Notes under the pieces: generated by a model
What the model saw: the letters and a program-made list of their open reading frames with translations, nothing else
The model's database searches: none
What the model was told of the DNA's origin: nothing
Part shown: positions 12,000-25,000 of the stretch, in pieces
Position numbering within the stretch: the stretch's first letter is position 1
Layout: each line of letters starts with the position of its first letter
Position numbers and translations under genes: made by a program
DNA from: Phoronis australis
Lineage: Eukaryota > Animalia > Phoronida
Direction of reading: 5' to 3'
DNA length: 64,000 bases
Assembly (NCBI GenBank): GCA_002633005.1
Contig: NMRA01000975.1
Location: 1-64,000 of the forward strand

Positions 12000-14900
12000 G
12001 GCGTCTCGTTAATCGTGGTGTTAACGCGCGAGCATGGGATAGTTTGAGAAACAGGAACAAACTGAAATGAATGCGAAAATGTGAATTAAGTCGCATTCTC
12101 TACTTCAGTCACGTATCTGTTTAACTGAGTTTTTATTGGTGATTAACTAAGAGGGTCGATATCGACCCCAGGAGTTTGCAGGCTTCCTGGGGGTTATAAA
12201 ATATTCTACAGTCGATTGAGGGTCGATGAAATTCCATGTGTCAATTGAGTTCCTGTAAGGTTCGACGAAAATATTTGTTTGAACGACTGTCCAATTATCT
12301 CTCCTGTATTACGTATGTTGCAAAAATTTTCACTTCTTTGAAGATCATTTCTTCTGCCGTTCTTAACATCTAATTTTCCCTATGTAAAGTACTTGTTGCT
12401 GTTGCTTCTGCTGTTGCTGCTGCACGTCAGGTCTTCACATAAACACTTTTCTCACTTTAACTTAGACATATCCCATCAGCAAAACTCAATCTTACTTGTA
12501 AATTCTACAACAAAAAGTATGTCTAGAAGTTAAAATCTCTCAGCCTTTGTTTGACTTCTGAAAAGAAAAACTGTTAATAACCAAATCTTTGACTCAACTA
12601 AACATGACCGGAACAAATCGCATACTATGTCATCAACAAACTAACAAGCAGATGAGAGAAGACAAATGTTTTTGGTAATCACATGGTTATACACGAACAA
12701 TCTCATTTTAATGCTACAATAACCAAATAACTGATATACAATATTCCTAAGAGCACAATTGAATTATTTAAAAATCACTAAAGGGTGAATAATTTCCCCT
12801 CAATTTGTGAAACTGTTGCTTCACAATTATTGAGCTTTAACAACGTTTGCCAAAACACATTTTCAAACTTGCTTCAAACGTTAGGGCGTTGGCGGGAGTT
12901 GCAGTGCTTTAATTCTCTTCTAAGTCTTGGATATTTTTATAGTTACGAATGTTTTAACCTAAAGTGGAGTATTCTCTTGAACGTGAAATTACAGGCGAAA
13001 GCGAAATCTTTGTCTTTGTTTAAAAATTTACAACAAAAACGATGTCAGACAAGAGGTTTTGAAGAGTACCTTAGAACAAAATGTTCTGGAGTTTAGAGAC
13101 CTGCTTAAAACAAATTGCCCGCCAAGCAAATACCCTTTAAATTGTTCGAAACAATGCTTTTTAAAGCTGTTGCGGAGGTTAAAGTTTTTATATTTTCTTT
13201 CTCCACTAATGTGTTCTGCTGCTCCGCTGTTGATGACATTGTATTACGAATTTTCGGACTTGTGGGCCTTCGGGTTGTCATCCTGGGACAATCGGGCGAT
13301 ACCCGTTTTTTGTGAATATCCCGGAGCAAAGGATAGACACCAGATAATAGAACACCGTACATTAAATGATTTATCTTAAATGCAGCGCTTACAAAAAAAG
13401 AACGCGAATGCATTAAGCTGTCTTTGAATTCATTTTGTTAATGTCCAGTCTAAATTGTGACCTAGAAGACCAAATGATTGCCTTTATTTGAAATACCTCA
13501 TGAATGAATGTTAAAGCAAATATCATTTCTGCTTACCTCAAGATCTTTTAGGCATTGCCGCCCACAAAAAATGTGACTGAGCAATCACACACTGTTCATG
13601 TCTTCATTCACGACAAAGAACTTGTGCTAGCGCGCTTGTTGCTGGCGCATTATTGACTGGCAAACACGAACAGACAATAAACGCTTTGGCAAAGTACCAA
13701 GTTGTTGGTAAAGCATAATTTCTTCGAAATCTCATTTGTAAAGTCTGTTGCGGCTAATGGGTGTATTCATTCATTGTTCGCCATTTTGAGTATTTGATTA
13801 GGCAGTTCCTATGTAATGAACCGAGGTTGGGGCTACCAAGTAGAATATCAACGGCATTCCTCAAACATACATGAATACCACAGTTTTCTTTACTGAGAAA
13901 CACATACCCACACATTCAATTTTCAAGTGACTTAGGAAGGAAGTTGTTGTTGGCAAAATTAACACACTCTTTCTTGTAAAATGAGCCCACCAAGATTTAT
14001 TCTAAAATTTTTGACAGACGTGAGTAGTGTCTACACGAAAACGTGTTTAATACATAGAAACGTTAGTGAGTGTACATGGGTTAGTCAGGCACCCTTAAAA
14101 AAGAAAAGTCTTCAGGCGTAAATTTCAAATTTTTATATAAATTGTTTTGTATTTTTTGTACCAAGTTATTACAGGAAACACTGAAACAGCATTATAACGG
14201 GGGTAATAAATGCACGCATTTTGTCTTAAACCAACTTTTTATATAAGGCACTCAGTGACAAATGTAATCTCAAATTGTTCCTTACCCAGAGTACTCATGA
14301 GCTCTTTGCTTGAGAAGAACTGACAGTTGAGTCGTTATTGTTTCAGATCTAGCCTGTTATATTGCCTTTCACTACTGCTCAATTTTCTGCAGTATGCTCG
14401 TCCATTCTTGGCTCTGATGTTCAGACGTCATAGGGGGTAATAATACATTACTTCTCAGCCAGGACAGAAGCAATATGTTACGCAATGTTTAGTTACACAA
14501 CCCAACTGGGACAGTTGTATGACAGCTTTCTCTGAGCTTGCATTTCCATTTTCAAAAAGCATATAGTTAGTAAAGGACAGCCATGATCTAAAACTGTCCT
14601 CAAAATTCCAAGCCACTATGCCTACTAGTTACACAGGCCCTAAATGCAACGCAATTCCAGACGATTTATTGTAATGATTCCAGTATCCTATCAATGGATG
14701 GCGAACGTGATATAGTTGCTTTAGAGCCACAGATACTCGAGTAAAGAAAGTCGATACTTTTAACACCAACACAATGTTCATTGTGTTACCATTTGTAAAT
14801 ATCGGGAAATTGTAATTTGATTATAACCCGTTAAATGTTAATATTAATAAGTTATTATTTAAGATAACAGGCTACCTTTACTATCAATTTCTTTATCAAA

Positions 14901-16997
14901 TTTTTAATAATAATTCTAGACTTACAAAACTATGTATTTCTGTTTGCCCTGGTGATCACAGAATCTTATTATATACATGTACATTATGATAAAGTCGAAA
15001 TGTTCGTTACCATGTGAATGCGTTTTTTTCTAAAAATTCTTGATTAATTTTTCACGGAGATTGCAGTAACTTCAACAAATATTGTTGATTCTTTGTTCGA
15101 CATTGGTAACTTATGTTACTTTATTTCTAACTTCTACGGTTCCGGTTTATATTGTACAACAGATTACACTAATTTAATTTCTTCAAAACATCACTGGTGT
15201 TTTACACGAACATTAAAATCATGGAAACAAAAAGTTGAATGGCATTGCATGTAGAACACGTTATCATTTTCAATTTAAATAGAAATGGGAGATGCCAATA
15301 TTCTTTTTATAAAGGCTTTGTTCTCAAGATCACGTAATTAGAGAAAACAAAAACGAAATGACGCCCAACTTCACATGAACAGGGTTCACACAGTTGGAAT
15401 CTTCTGTTGATATCAAAATGGCGACCTTTTACAATCATTCAGATCATAAATAGGACATGTTAGTCTTGAAATCGCGCTAATAAATGAATGTGACAAGTTC
15501 AATGCGACGTATATCTCTAGACTAAAATCATACAATTCCGTGTCTGGATTTTTTTACAGGTTTATTGGAGAAAAACGCACCTTTTCAAACATTGTTGGAT
15601 GGGATATATTCTTTGAAGTTATAAGTTGTGGCCAGAGATTCAAACTACATCCGTTGTTTTTATCTGGTAGAAATCAAGGCTTGTCAGTGACTTTAACAAT
15701 ATCAAAGACGTTAAAATATTCTGCTGTTGATAGAACCGAGTTTAACTTTGCTAAAGTAGTTTTTTTTTCGATTGCCACCGCTTGGGTTGCAGGTTCCCTC
15801 TCACGCTTAGGCGGATCTCAGCAATCTCATTTTCCTTGTTCATAATAACCCTTGAAAGCCTTTTGGTCCAGAAAATAGTCTGTAAAAACATTCCTGACTG
15901 ACAAGAACTCCGAAAAAGAAAATTTTAAGCACGAATAAAGAAACTGAGTTCTCAAGTTTTGTGAGAAAAAATGCATGTTTGTGGAAAACATAGCGATCTC
16001 CATGAACAATCAATATTTTTGGAAAGATTTAATCGTGTGCAAATAATGAGAATATGTGATCATCAAGAATTTCAAAAAATGATAATTTGATGGGTATACT
16101 GTTTCTGAATTAAAATTTGTTGAAAGTTATTTAATATGTTATGTATATATGATCATGAATGACCCTGGGATTAGCGTGCGGAAAACTCTTTCCTCAAGAG
16201 ACTTTTCCCTAATGCAATTTTGTATTTATCGGAATATAATGACATAAAAAATGCACGAGTTCCATATTACACCGCCGCATTTCTAAATACAGGAGCACCT
16301 TTATGTACGTAGTTCTCGCTAGTACACTTCTCAAAAAATTCCTGTGGCGAGTGTGGTAGTAATAACTTCACTAATTCAGCAGCTTGTATGACATTTTATT
16401 TTGAGCCAATACGTTTTAATTGATTGGGTTTTATGAATTTAAACATGGAGTCTCCAGAAATTTGTTTTTCTTATTGTTACTAGAACAATCTATAATTGTA
16501 GAAACATTCGTGTTCGTCACGCAAAAGTGTTGAAATTAGCGCCTGTTGAACTAAGGGACATTTTTCCGTACGCCAGAAATACAGGAGTGTTTAGTGGCGA
16601 CCTCGAAGTCATGTAACAAAACCAGCAGACTAGACGATATCATGTTGTTGGACAGTTCAAAAAGATAGGAAACTAGCACTGAATTTCCATTTTACCGGTT
16701 TCAAGTAAACGACGAGGATAGAAGGAAATGATTGCGTTTGATAAGGTAAGCCAAATTACCTTCCCGTGAATGTAAAGGATCGTCAGTCGCACGGTGCACC
16801 GCCTCATTTATCATCACTGCCAAGGCAATTCGTTCTGAAGTTGTGCATCCGCGTACGTGACCTTTGAACAAAGGCATACATTTTGCCGTTCCACCATAAT
16901 ATACAAGGTGGCTAGAGTCGTAGCGATCAACACCTCTATTGTCATATGGACAGATCCCCGGAAAAATTATATATCACGCCACAAAACATAGTCTCTT

Positions 16998-17129
16998 GGG
17001 CCCGGTTGCATAAATGTTATACGCTGCATTATCACGCACCACTTAGGTACTGTTGAACAGAGTAAATGATGTCATGGAACAATCAAACTTATTCAGCGGA
17101 TAATTTTGAAGTTTTCTGCAACCTAGTCC
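16998..17129. mobile_element. Small GGGCC-ended MITE (about 130 bp)
   Basis: GGGCCCGGTTGCATAAA..TTATACGCTG versus CAGCGGATAA..TTTCTGCAACCTAGTCC (degenerate inverted termini). Confidence 0.55.
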
Positions 17130-18729
17130 AAGGAATTTTGAATAGTGTCACCTAATGGGCAAAATTTTACACGCAAACAGACAGTTCACGTAGCTTAGGG
17201 GTGTGAAAAATACCTATGGGGGTTGGGGTCAATGGGAGGGCATTGCGATTGACTTTTTGTGAGTAGGCATAAGTGTTCAGGGCAGGGATCATTTAAGAAA
17301 ATCGTAACTATTGGTCAATTGACCCGCAAGGATTCAAAATATGAAAGCCAATTTGGAGGGCCTATGGCCCACATTGGTAATTTCCGTCCTTTGCCAATTC
17401 GAGTATATAACAGTGTTGACGATCAAAGATGTAGGAAGATGACTCGGAATGCCCAACTCAAGAAAAGGGGGGGACAAAGTCCTAAGTTTCAGTCTGCCAA
17501 CTATTTGTATAGCTTACATTGGGGAGGGCTAAGTTTATTTGATACATGATACTGATTATGTATGTTCTTTATTTTCAGCTAAGACAACTTCATACACAAA
17601 GCAAACACACGAGAGTGCAATCGGCACTTCCCGACAGTCATATATGATTGGTCTTCCAGATTCAAGAGTAACATCACGTTGTTAAGATACAACTTGGGAA
17701 TGAAAAACACGCTTTTAGAAATGAACGGTATAAAACAAAAGAGATATTTTCTTTTCAACAAATAGAATTAAATGATGAGGAAATCCAACAAAACACCGGC
17801 CTACCACTTGACGTGCTGCAACAGTGAGGTTATTGAAAGCTTTTCTGTAAGGGGTGGAACTCATGTATTATCTGGTTGACATGCATAATTTGACTATAAT
17901 AAGTGCACTCTGAGAAAATATGTACTCCAAACTTCAATAGATTAGGAACAATTTCACTACAGATAACCCTGCCTTAAAATGTAATGCAGTATTATCAACA
18001 GTAAAATGTTCGACAGGAAATTACACGTCTAGTAAAGTCGAAAAATAACAAGTTCGGAACAAAAGCAATCATAACAGTTTTGAAATATTTTTCTGAACTC
18101 CTTTAAAAATCTTCTACAAAGGTGTATTTCAAGAAAAGGCGTGATACCATATGTGAAACTTAATAACAAAACGAACATGAATTGGTCATAGAAACGACAT
18201 ACTGGGTATCTTAAGGCCATACATTAAAAGAAATTATATGTCTGTTAAATATTAATGAAAAACAAACACACAACTGAATTTCATGTTTTCCTTCAAAAAC
18301 ATAAACATGACACAGATTACGACACAAAGCAGGAAAAAATCAACAGGCACATCGGCAAACGAACTTATACCACGTGAGCCGGTACGGACCATTTACAAAT
18401 TTTCAATATAACCAAAGGGTTACAGGTACTTATACTAGACAAATCAAAGGCTATCCTCAGTAAGTAGTAACGTTAAATGTCGACGCTTGTAATCACTTCA
18501 GATGCTGGTTCTTCTAATCAACCAACTGTTAGTTCACTTTCTCCATAAATATCCTATTGTTTGGACAATGAATCATACGACTATACTACTAAATGTGACA
18601 CCAGCAAGGAAACTGATCGATAAATATGTGAATTAGTAAATAATCGGAACGACAGGAAAACTGATGAAACACTGCGGTAGCGTTTACTCCGCAGCAATAC
18701 AATTTTCTTTTACCACAGCCACGAGACTA

Positions 18730-19041
18730 TTAGCTATTGAGTTCGACTCCACGGGTTTCAAGAAAGACGGCGACAACTTCCAGAATATTCTCCGTGATCC
18801 TTCTCGCTTCCTGCGCGTGATGTTCTTTAAAATAGTCACTGGGAACTCCTTGGCTGTACACATCCGGGTATCGAAGTCTCGTCGGATCTCCTACTAGTCT
18901 TTGAAGATCTCCTGCCAATCCCCGAAGGGTTTGGGCAGCAGGCAAATCAAGAGTGCACGCTACGGTGTTCAAGTCATGCGTCATGGACTTAAGGTTCGCA
19001 TCAACAGCGAACTGAGCGGCCTTTAACGCCTTCTCTGCTGA
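18730..19041 (-). CDS. SACS-like: Sacsin-like B terminal exon 7, HEPN domain
   Basis: TTTCAG acceptor, phase 0; reads [30 protein letters not shown], then the stop. Confidence 0.9.
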   Translation of the reverse strand, partial: SAEKALKAAQFAVDANLKSMTHDLNTVACTLDLPAAQTLRGLAGDLQRLVGDPTRLRYPDVYSQGVPSDYFKEHHAQEARRITENILEVVAVFLETRGVELNS

Positions 19042-22000
19042 CTGAAATACCGCAAGAAATTTAATTCTCACATGACCTAGAATATGTTACGACAGGACTT
19101 GTTAATAACACCAAGTACGTAATGTTTTGATATTACATGGGCGAATCACGAATTAGTGGTAAGTAGAAAACCATACGCCTTACATTTTATCGTCTGCAAA
19201 ACACTTATACAACAAAACGCGCGCCAACCAAGCAATGCCGGAGTTACACCGACCTCTAGTCTACATACACTGTCACGACGTTACGAAAGCTGAATGCAAT
19301 TTACAATTGTTAAGTTTGAAACAAAAATGTTAACAAGAAGTAACTGGGTTTACTTTACATCGCACAAGCGTGTTTTTACAAAAATGGTGTCATGTGGTTG
19401 AAAGTTTTAGACACGTCGAATTTTTCGGCAAAAAGATCGTTTTTACGGCAAGCCTCGGGAGTTTGAGGAAATTTGCAAGAGGTTTAGCCCATGTCATAAA
19501 CCTGAGACGAGTGTAGGATTTTCTCTCTATATTTGAAATAAAATGGGAGTTCTGAAGGGACACACGCACGGACATACACTAACACACACGCGAGTGTGCT
19601 CCTAAAAGGCGCGATAGGTGTAGATACTCCCATAGAAGTGGCATACGGGAAGTGTCATTCAAAAGGGTTACCTATTCATGGTCATATTTCCCCACAAAAA
19701 CGCCTTGTCTGCCTCTAAAACTTTCACTTTGGTGAAGGTCAAAATTATACACAAGGTTCTCTTTTCATACACACGCACGCACGCACGTCCCCCTACTCAC
19801 ATAAATTCGGCTGTCCTATCTGGAACAAAAGAAAATCACGGAAGCTCCCAACAAAAGTTTGTCTTTTCTGAGTTTACTCAATAAATGGGTGAGGTATCTT
19901 AGTTTTGCAAATTCACCCCCTTCAAAAATGTAGTCTGGTGACCGTGGTGTACACACGTGCCAAAAATGCCGCCAGCGGCATAGTACAAGAGGGGGTAATT
20001 TGCATCTATATCACGAAGCAGGGAGAACCATGATGCAACGCGTCACCATATTTTAGTAATTCACGGTGTCCAAATATGTCAGTAGCCTGTGCTGGTTCGA
20101 CGTGTCCGCAGTCTCCCACCGGAGTCGAGGGCTGCTTTTCAATCCACAGGAATGTACCGTATATCTGCATCTGCAGGTCGGGTTTCATATGCAAAATTAG
20201 CCAGTAAAAAGTTGGCGTGAAAAAAAGTGTGGTGGAAAATTGGTCGCGACAGGGGACAGAAATTTGAGGGGGGAGGGGTGAATCCAAGACAATTTTAAGA
20301 CAGTGATTCCTAAATTAAGATTTTGCGGCCTCTTTTGATAACTGGCTATGGGAAAATTTGTAAGACATTTGATATTATTTGAATGATCATTAGTTGGTGT
20401 ATACCAAGAGGAAAAATCCACGGGAGAAAGGGGAAGAGTGACAGGCATGTTCCATTACATTTACTATCTTTTGATTATAAAAATTTAACAAGGCAATCAG
20501 AGTGCAGGGTGCAAAGACACCGTTTGTTAAAAGCCATAACAGCGAGGTGATATGAACTCAATACTGACATAAGGGATTAGTATAGCAACAAACCCATGTT
20601 AAACATACAGATATGTAAAACTGTTAATAGTGCTTATTTTTCATTACCTAAAGATCGCCTGTGTCTATATATCAATATGCATAACGTAGGTGACTACCCG
20701 TTTTTTCATTACCTACAGATCACATAGGTCTAAATATAATGAGCATAATGTCGGTGACTATCCGGTTAACACCACATCACAAACTATTGTTGGATTTCTC
20801 AACCTGATTTTACAATGTACATATATGTACAAGTTCTACTAAGCAGAGAACATCGCCACTTTGAGCTGGCAAGTCATACTATAACACTCATTTTGGTTAG
20901 TTCTGCTTAGCCGTTTGATAAACTACCATCTCAGTTATACTAAAACTGTTCATCTATGTAACATGTATAGTTTATGACTCGTTACATTACAGGGCCAAGC
21001 AACTCAAACTGCACTTTAGATGAAAAAGAGAAATAAATAACGTGATTGACCGCAGGAAGGGAGGGGGGGGGGCGGCATGACAAACAAAAGAGAACCCAAG
21101 TTCGGAAATACTTAAATTTAGATATTTAAAAAAATTATTTAGATTTATCACCGGAACGAATCATAGACGAGCATTGGTCAATGACAGTTTCTCTCTTCTT
21201 AAAAATAAAATACACCAAACACATAACGTGATGGAACATCTATACAGTATTCACTGTTAAGATTTTCATACAAGTTAGGAAAAAGAGCCCTCAACATTCC
21301 CGCAGGGGTTCAGCAAGTACCGTACCATACACATGAAATGAGAGATCACTGTACGGGCACAGACTGGTACATTAGATACTCGATCATTATCACCAGACTA
21401 GGAAATTAAAAACTCAAAGGGTAAAACCGCCATTATTTCGAATCACGCCCACACAAACATTGCTTACCTGATGACATTTATGACACGCCCAAACGTATGA
21501 CACTTCCTGCGCTGTAGGTGGAACGTCGTTTCTGGCCGCCTTGAAATCGTCTAAAGCTTGGCGATACCAATTCCGCGCTGACACAGGCCGCGGGGAGGGA
21601 TGAGGCGGTCTGCTACTGAAAAACCATAAACTGTTTCCAGTACCACCAGAAGAAACATAAGTCTGTCTCCACGTCACTCGTCTTTTGCAATAAACAGTAA
21701 CACGCCGTTGTATTCTTTGTCGTCGGCAAACTGCACCTGATGTCGTCTCTTGGTGGGTCCGCTCGTACACGGAGACAATGCTTTCAAGGCACTGAAAGAT
21801 TTCTTCACACGCCTCTCTATTATCTTCGTTCCTATCTGGGTGCCAGTGCATGAAAAGTCGATCCATGAATCGTTCTCTTTGATCGTCTGTCATTCTCCAA
21901 GCTTCCTGCACCTGCTTTTCAATGTCTCGTATGGCCTCTACTTTGTTCAGAGAATTACCATGTAGGTCCTCGTTCTGCGGGACGGGACGCCAAAAGTTGT

Positions 22001-25000
22001 ACAGGTCTACAGCATTTACTTCTACTTCACCGTCTCCGATGCTTACAAGGTAGCGTCTTATGAAGGCATCCGGGTTCTCTGTGCAGTCTCTTAGAATCAT
22101 GGCTATTATGAACTCTGGTTCGCCATTATCGTTCCGCCGACCGGAATCATAACCCACTAAGTCACCGTCGTCAAACCTGAAGAAGCCTTGCTCCAGCAAG
22201 TGGTTCATGTCATCAGGAATCTTGTCACCGGGAACAACCCCAGCTTCTTCGACAGGCAATCTCCGAATTTTGTGTCTATCCAGAATAACGTAAAGATCTT
22301 GGAGCGAGTTTTCAAGCTTCAGAAGTTCTACCAGTAGTAATACGTCGACTTCAATGTTTACTCCTAAATGATTTACAATGTCCATTGCCAGGACAATATA
22401 AACATCAGCAGGCCGTACATTAGAATTGATATAAACCTTGAAGAGAGAACATTCCCCACGTACTACAGACACATTCTTGCTTGTTTTGCTTTCACACAAT
22501 TTACTTCCGGACGCGTCCACATAATACTCCTTAATGGTTTCAGCTTCGAAAACTTCGATGTTGCCAAATTTCTCTCGAACAAACTTTAGAATACCTTTTA
22601 CAGATAGGTTAGTATTGGAGTGGACGTGACACATAAGTCTGGCAAAAGCAATGTGAAAAACGTCACATTTGAGTCGCTCATGAATAGCTTTAACAAAGTT
22701 ATCATGTGATTGGTCATGCCTAAGTATTTCGCCCTCTTTTTCAATTTTTGTATGTACGAGGTCAGACAATATTAATGGACGATACTGTCCTGGAAGAAGT
22801 GATATCTTGTCTTTGTAGTCATTTTCAAATGACGCTGTAATAGCCAGCGGTGGGTAGGCAATTGCGTCACCGAGTTCTTCATAAACTCGATCGTCGTCAA
22901 TGACAACACACTTATCAGCAGCAACCATTTTCTTGTCACGTGTTGGCAAAAATAGACCATTGGGGAATCTTGCATTCCTAATGTCTTCATCAGAACAGCT
23001 TAGCAAAGCTAAGAGAGCTTTTTGTGCCTTCTTAAATTCTTCACAATGAAGAGTGTCTCCACTAGCACACGACATAATTTCGTAAAGGACGCCTCCAAGG
23101 AGATTTACGCTGAGCACACGGCTAGTTCCCAGCATTACAAAAAGATCTAGGAACTGTGCGATGTTCGAAGGCAATTTAAATAGATACGGTCGGATTTGAT
23201 GCCCTTCTGTGATGTCTTCTACCACTTGTCTGGCAAACACAAACATATTGTGATCACTGATAACTACTAATGGTGTCCTTCGAAGTTTTTCTTGCTCAGA
23301 AAAACTCAAACTAGAGTGACTGAAAAACGAATAAATGCTTCTCATAACAGTTAGAATAAGGCCAGTGTCCCATGCTGTTTGATGTTCAATCGGTTTATGC
23401 ATTTGGATTGAGGAGCACAAATTAAAGCAGTGCCTGACGACCAGAGAAGATGGTGGATGTAGGTAAGCGCCCAAAGACCCAGCAAGACTCTCATTGATGT
23501 TTGAAAAGCGTGGTAACATAATGGCGGAGCTCCAACACAAATGAACGTTACCACTGCCAAGAACAGCCCCATTAAACTTTGCGAATCTTTCTTCATTGAA
23601 GCAGGCATGAAGTTGGATAATTTCAGGAGGCAGTCGTTCTTGAACGACAAATTCTATATCCTTCAACTGGTGGAGGACGTCAGCATGTTCTTCATGATTT
23701 TCCAAAAGATAAATAGTCAAAATCCGCGACTTTCTGAACTTGTCTTCATAATCTAGTTCACTATCAAGACATGCAATGGTCTGAGCAAAACTGACTAACT
23801 GGTCACCTGAAACAGTTTGCTGTAACCCAAGGTCTAACAAGAAGGAATGCCAACCTGAACTCTTGAATGGTATAGGAGGGAAATTTCGCTCTTCCAACAT
23901 CTCGGCAAAAATGTCCAGCTCCCAATCGAAGAACTCACTAGCTGTGCACAGTATCCCACTTTCTCCTTTAATGAACGGGGCATTTCTCAGACTTGACAAA
24001 AACGACTTACGCTTTTGATGGTCTCTAAAGCCTGGCATGATATGGTCTTTTATATACGTTAGATGGTCAAGTCTTCCATTCCCTGACATTTCACCAAAAT
24101 GTTGAAGTATGTAGTTGGCATACAGATCGGACCGTTCAATCCTCTCGATTCCAAGACAATCCATCACTTCTCTTTCTTGGACCATTCTGTCCAAGAACAC
24201 AACACTGCTATCGCTTTCCCACACGTGAGCATCTGTAGATGGTACATTATATGTGAGCACCACGCCTCGTTTGTCATCGAGTTTGACAAGAGAGCCGCCT
24301 TTAGTGCAAAAAAATGGCAGGTGCTTAATTCTTCTCAGAATGGTTGAGTCTTTGTTTGCAACAGAGCAGAGATACCTAAGCAATGTGAAACCCTGTTGTT
24401 TGTCCAAAACGCCATCAATTGAAACACTTTCTTGTCGTAATTCAATAGCACGTAACACGTCCAAGGGATTGTCCACGCTGCTAACAATTGAGTGAAGAGC
24501 GTGGCAATCGTGCAGCTTGTCGTCGTATAGAAATGGCACACCCAAGACTTCCAGGGAGCACAACACTGGACGTTCCATCAGTTTATCGCTGTTATTGACA
24601 ACACTTTTACATTTTCCAATTTGAACTAGAACAAGTTCGTTTTTCCTTCGACATGCTGGTACGAGACAGAATTTCGAGAGTGGATTGAGGGAAATCGTTT
24701 TGACGTCTTTCAGAAGTTTTGCTTTCGTATCGATAAAAGACCAGAATTTTCCAATCCATTCACACCTGATTTCGTCCAACTTAAGTTCATTTCTGCTTTC
24801 AAATTCCTTCGGCAACATATTCGATAGTGACTGTACAGAAAGCTCTTTGAATACACGTGTGTGAAGATAATGGGAAAGCGGCGAAAACACTTCGCTCACC
24901 AGCTGTTGGTGAACGAAGTTGTCGTGATAGTTTGGTGTTGCTAAACTTGTGTAAGGGGACAAGAACATTTGGGAATGGATAGAAAAGGTTTTGATACTTT

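Noticed and set aside
12480-16020. Coding-like patches on the minus strand (13105-13413, about 15300-15960), possibly a decayed transposase
   Set aside because: No recognisable motif and multiple stops; it cannot be classified by eye.
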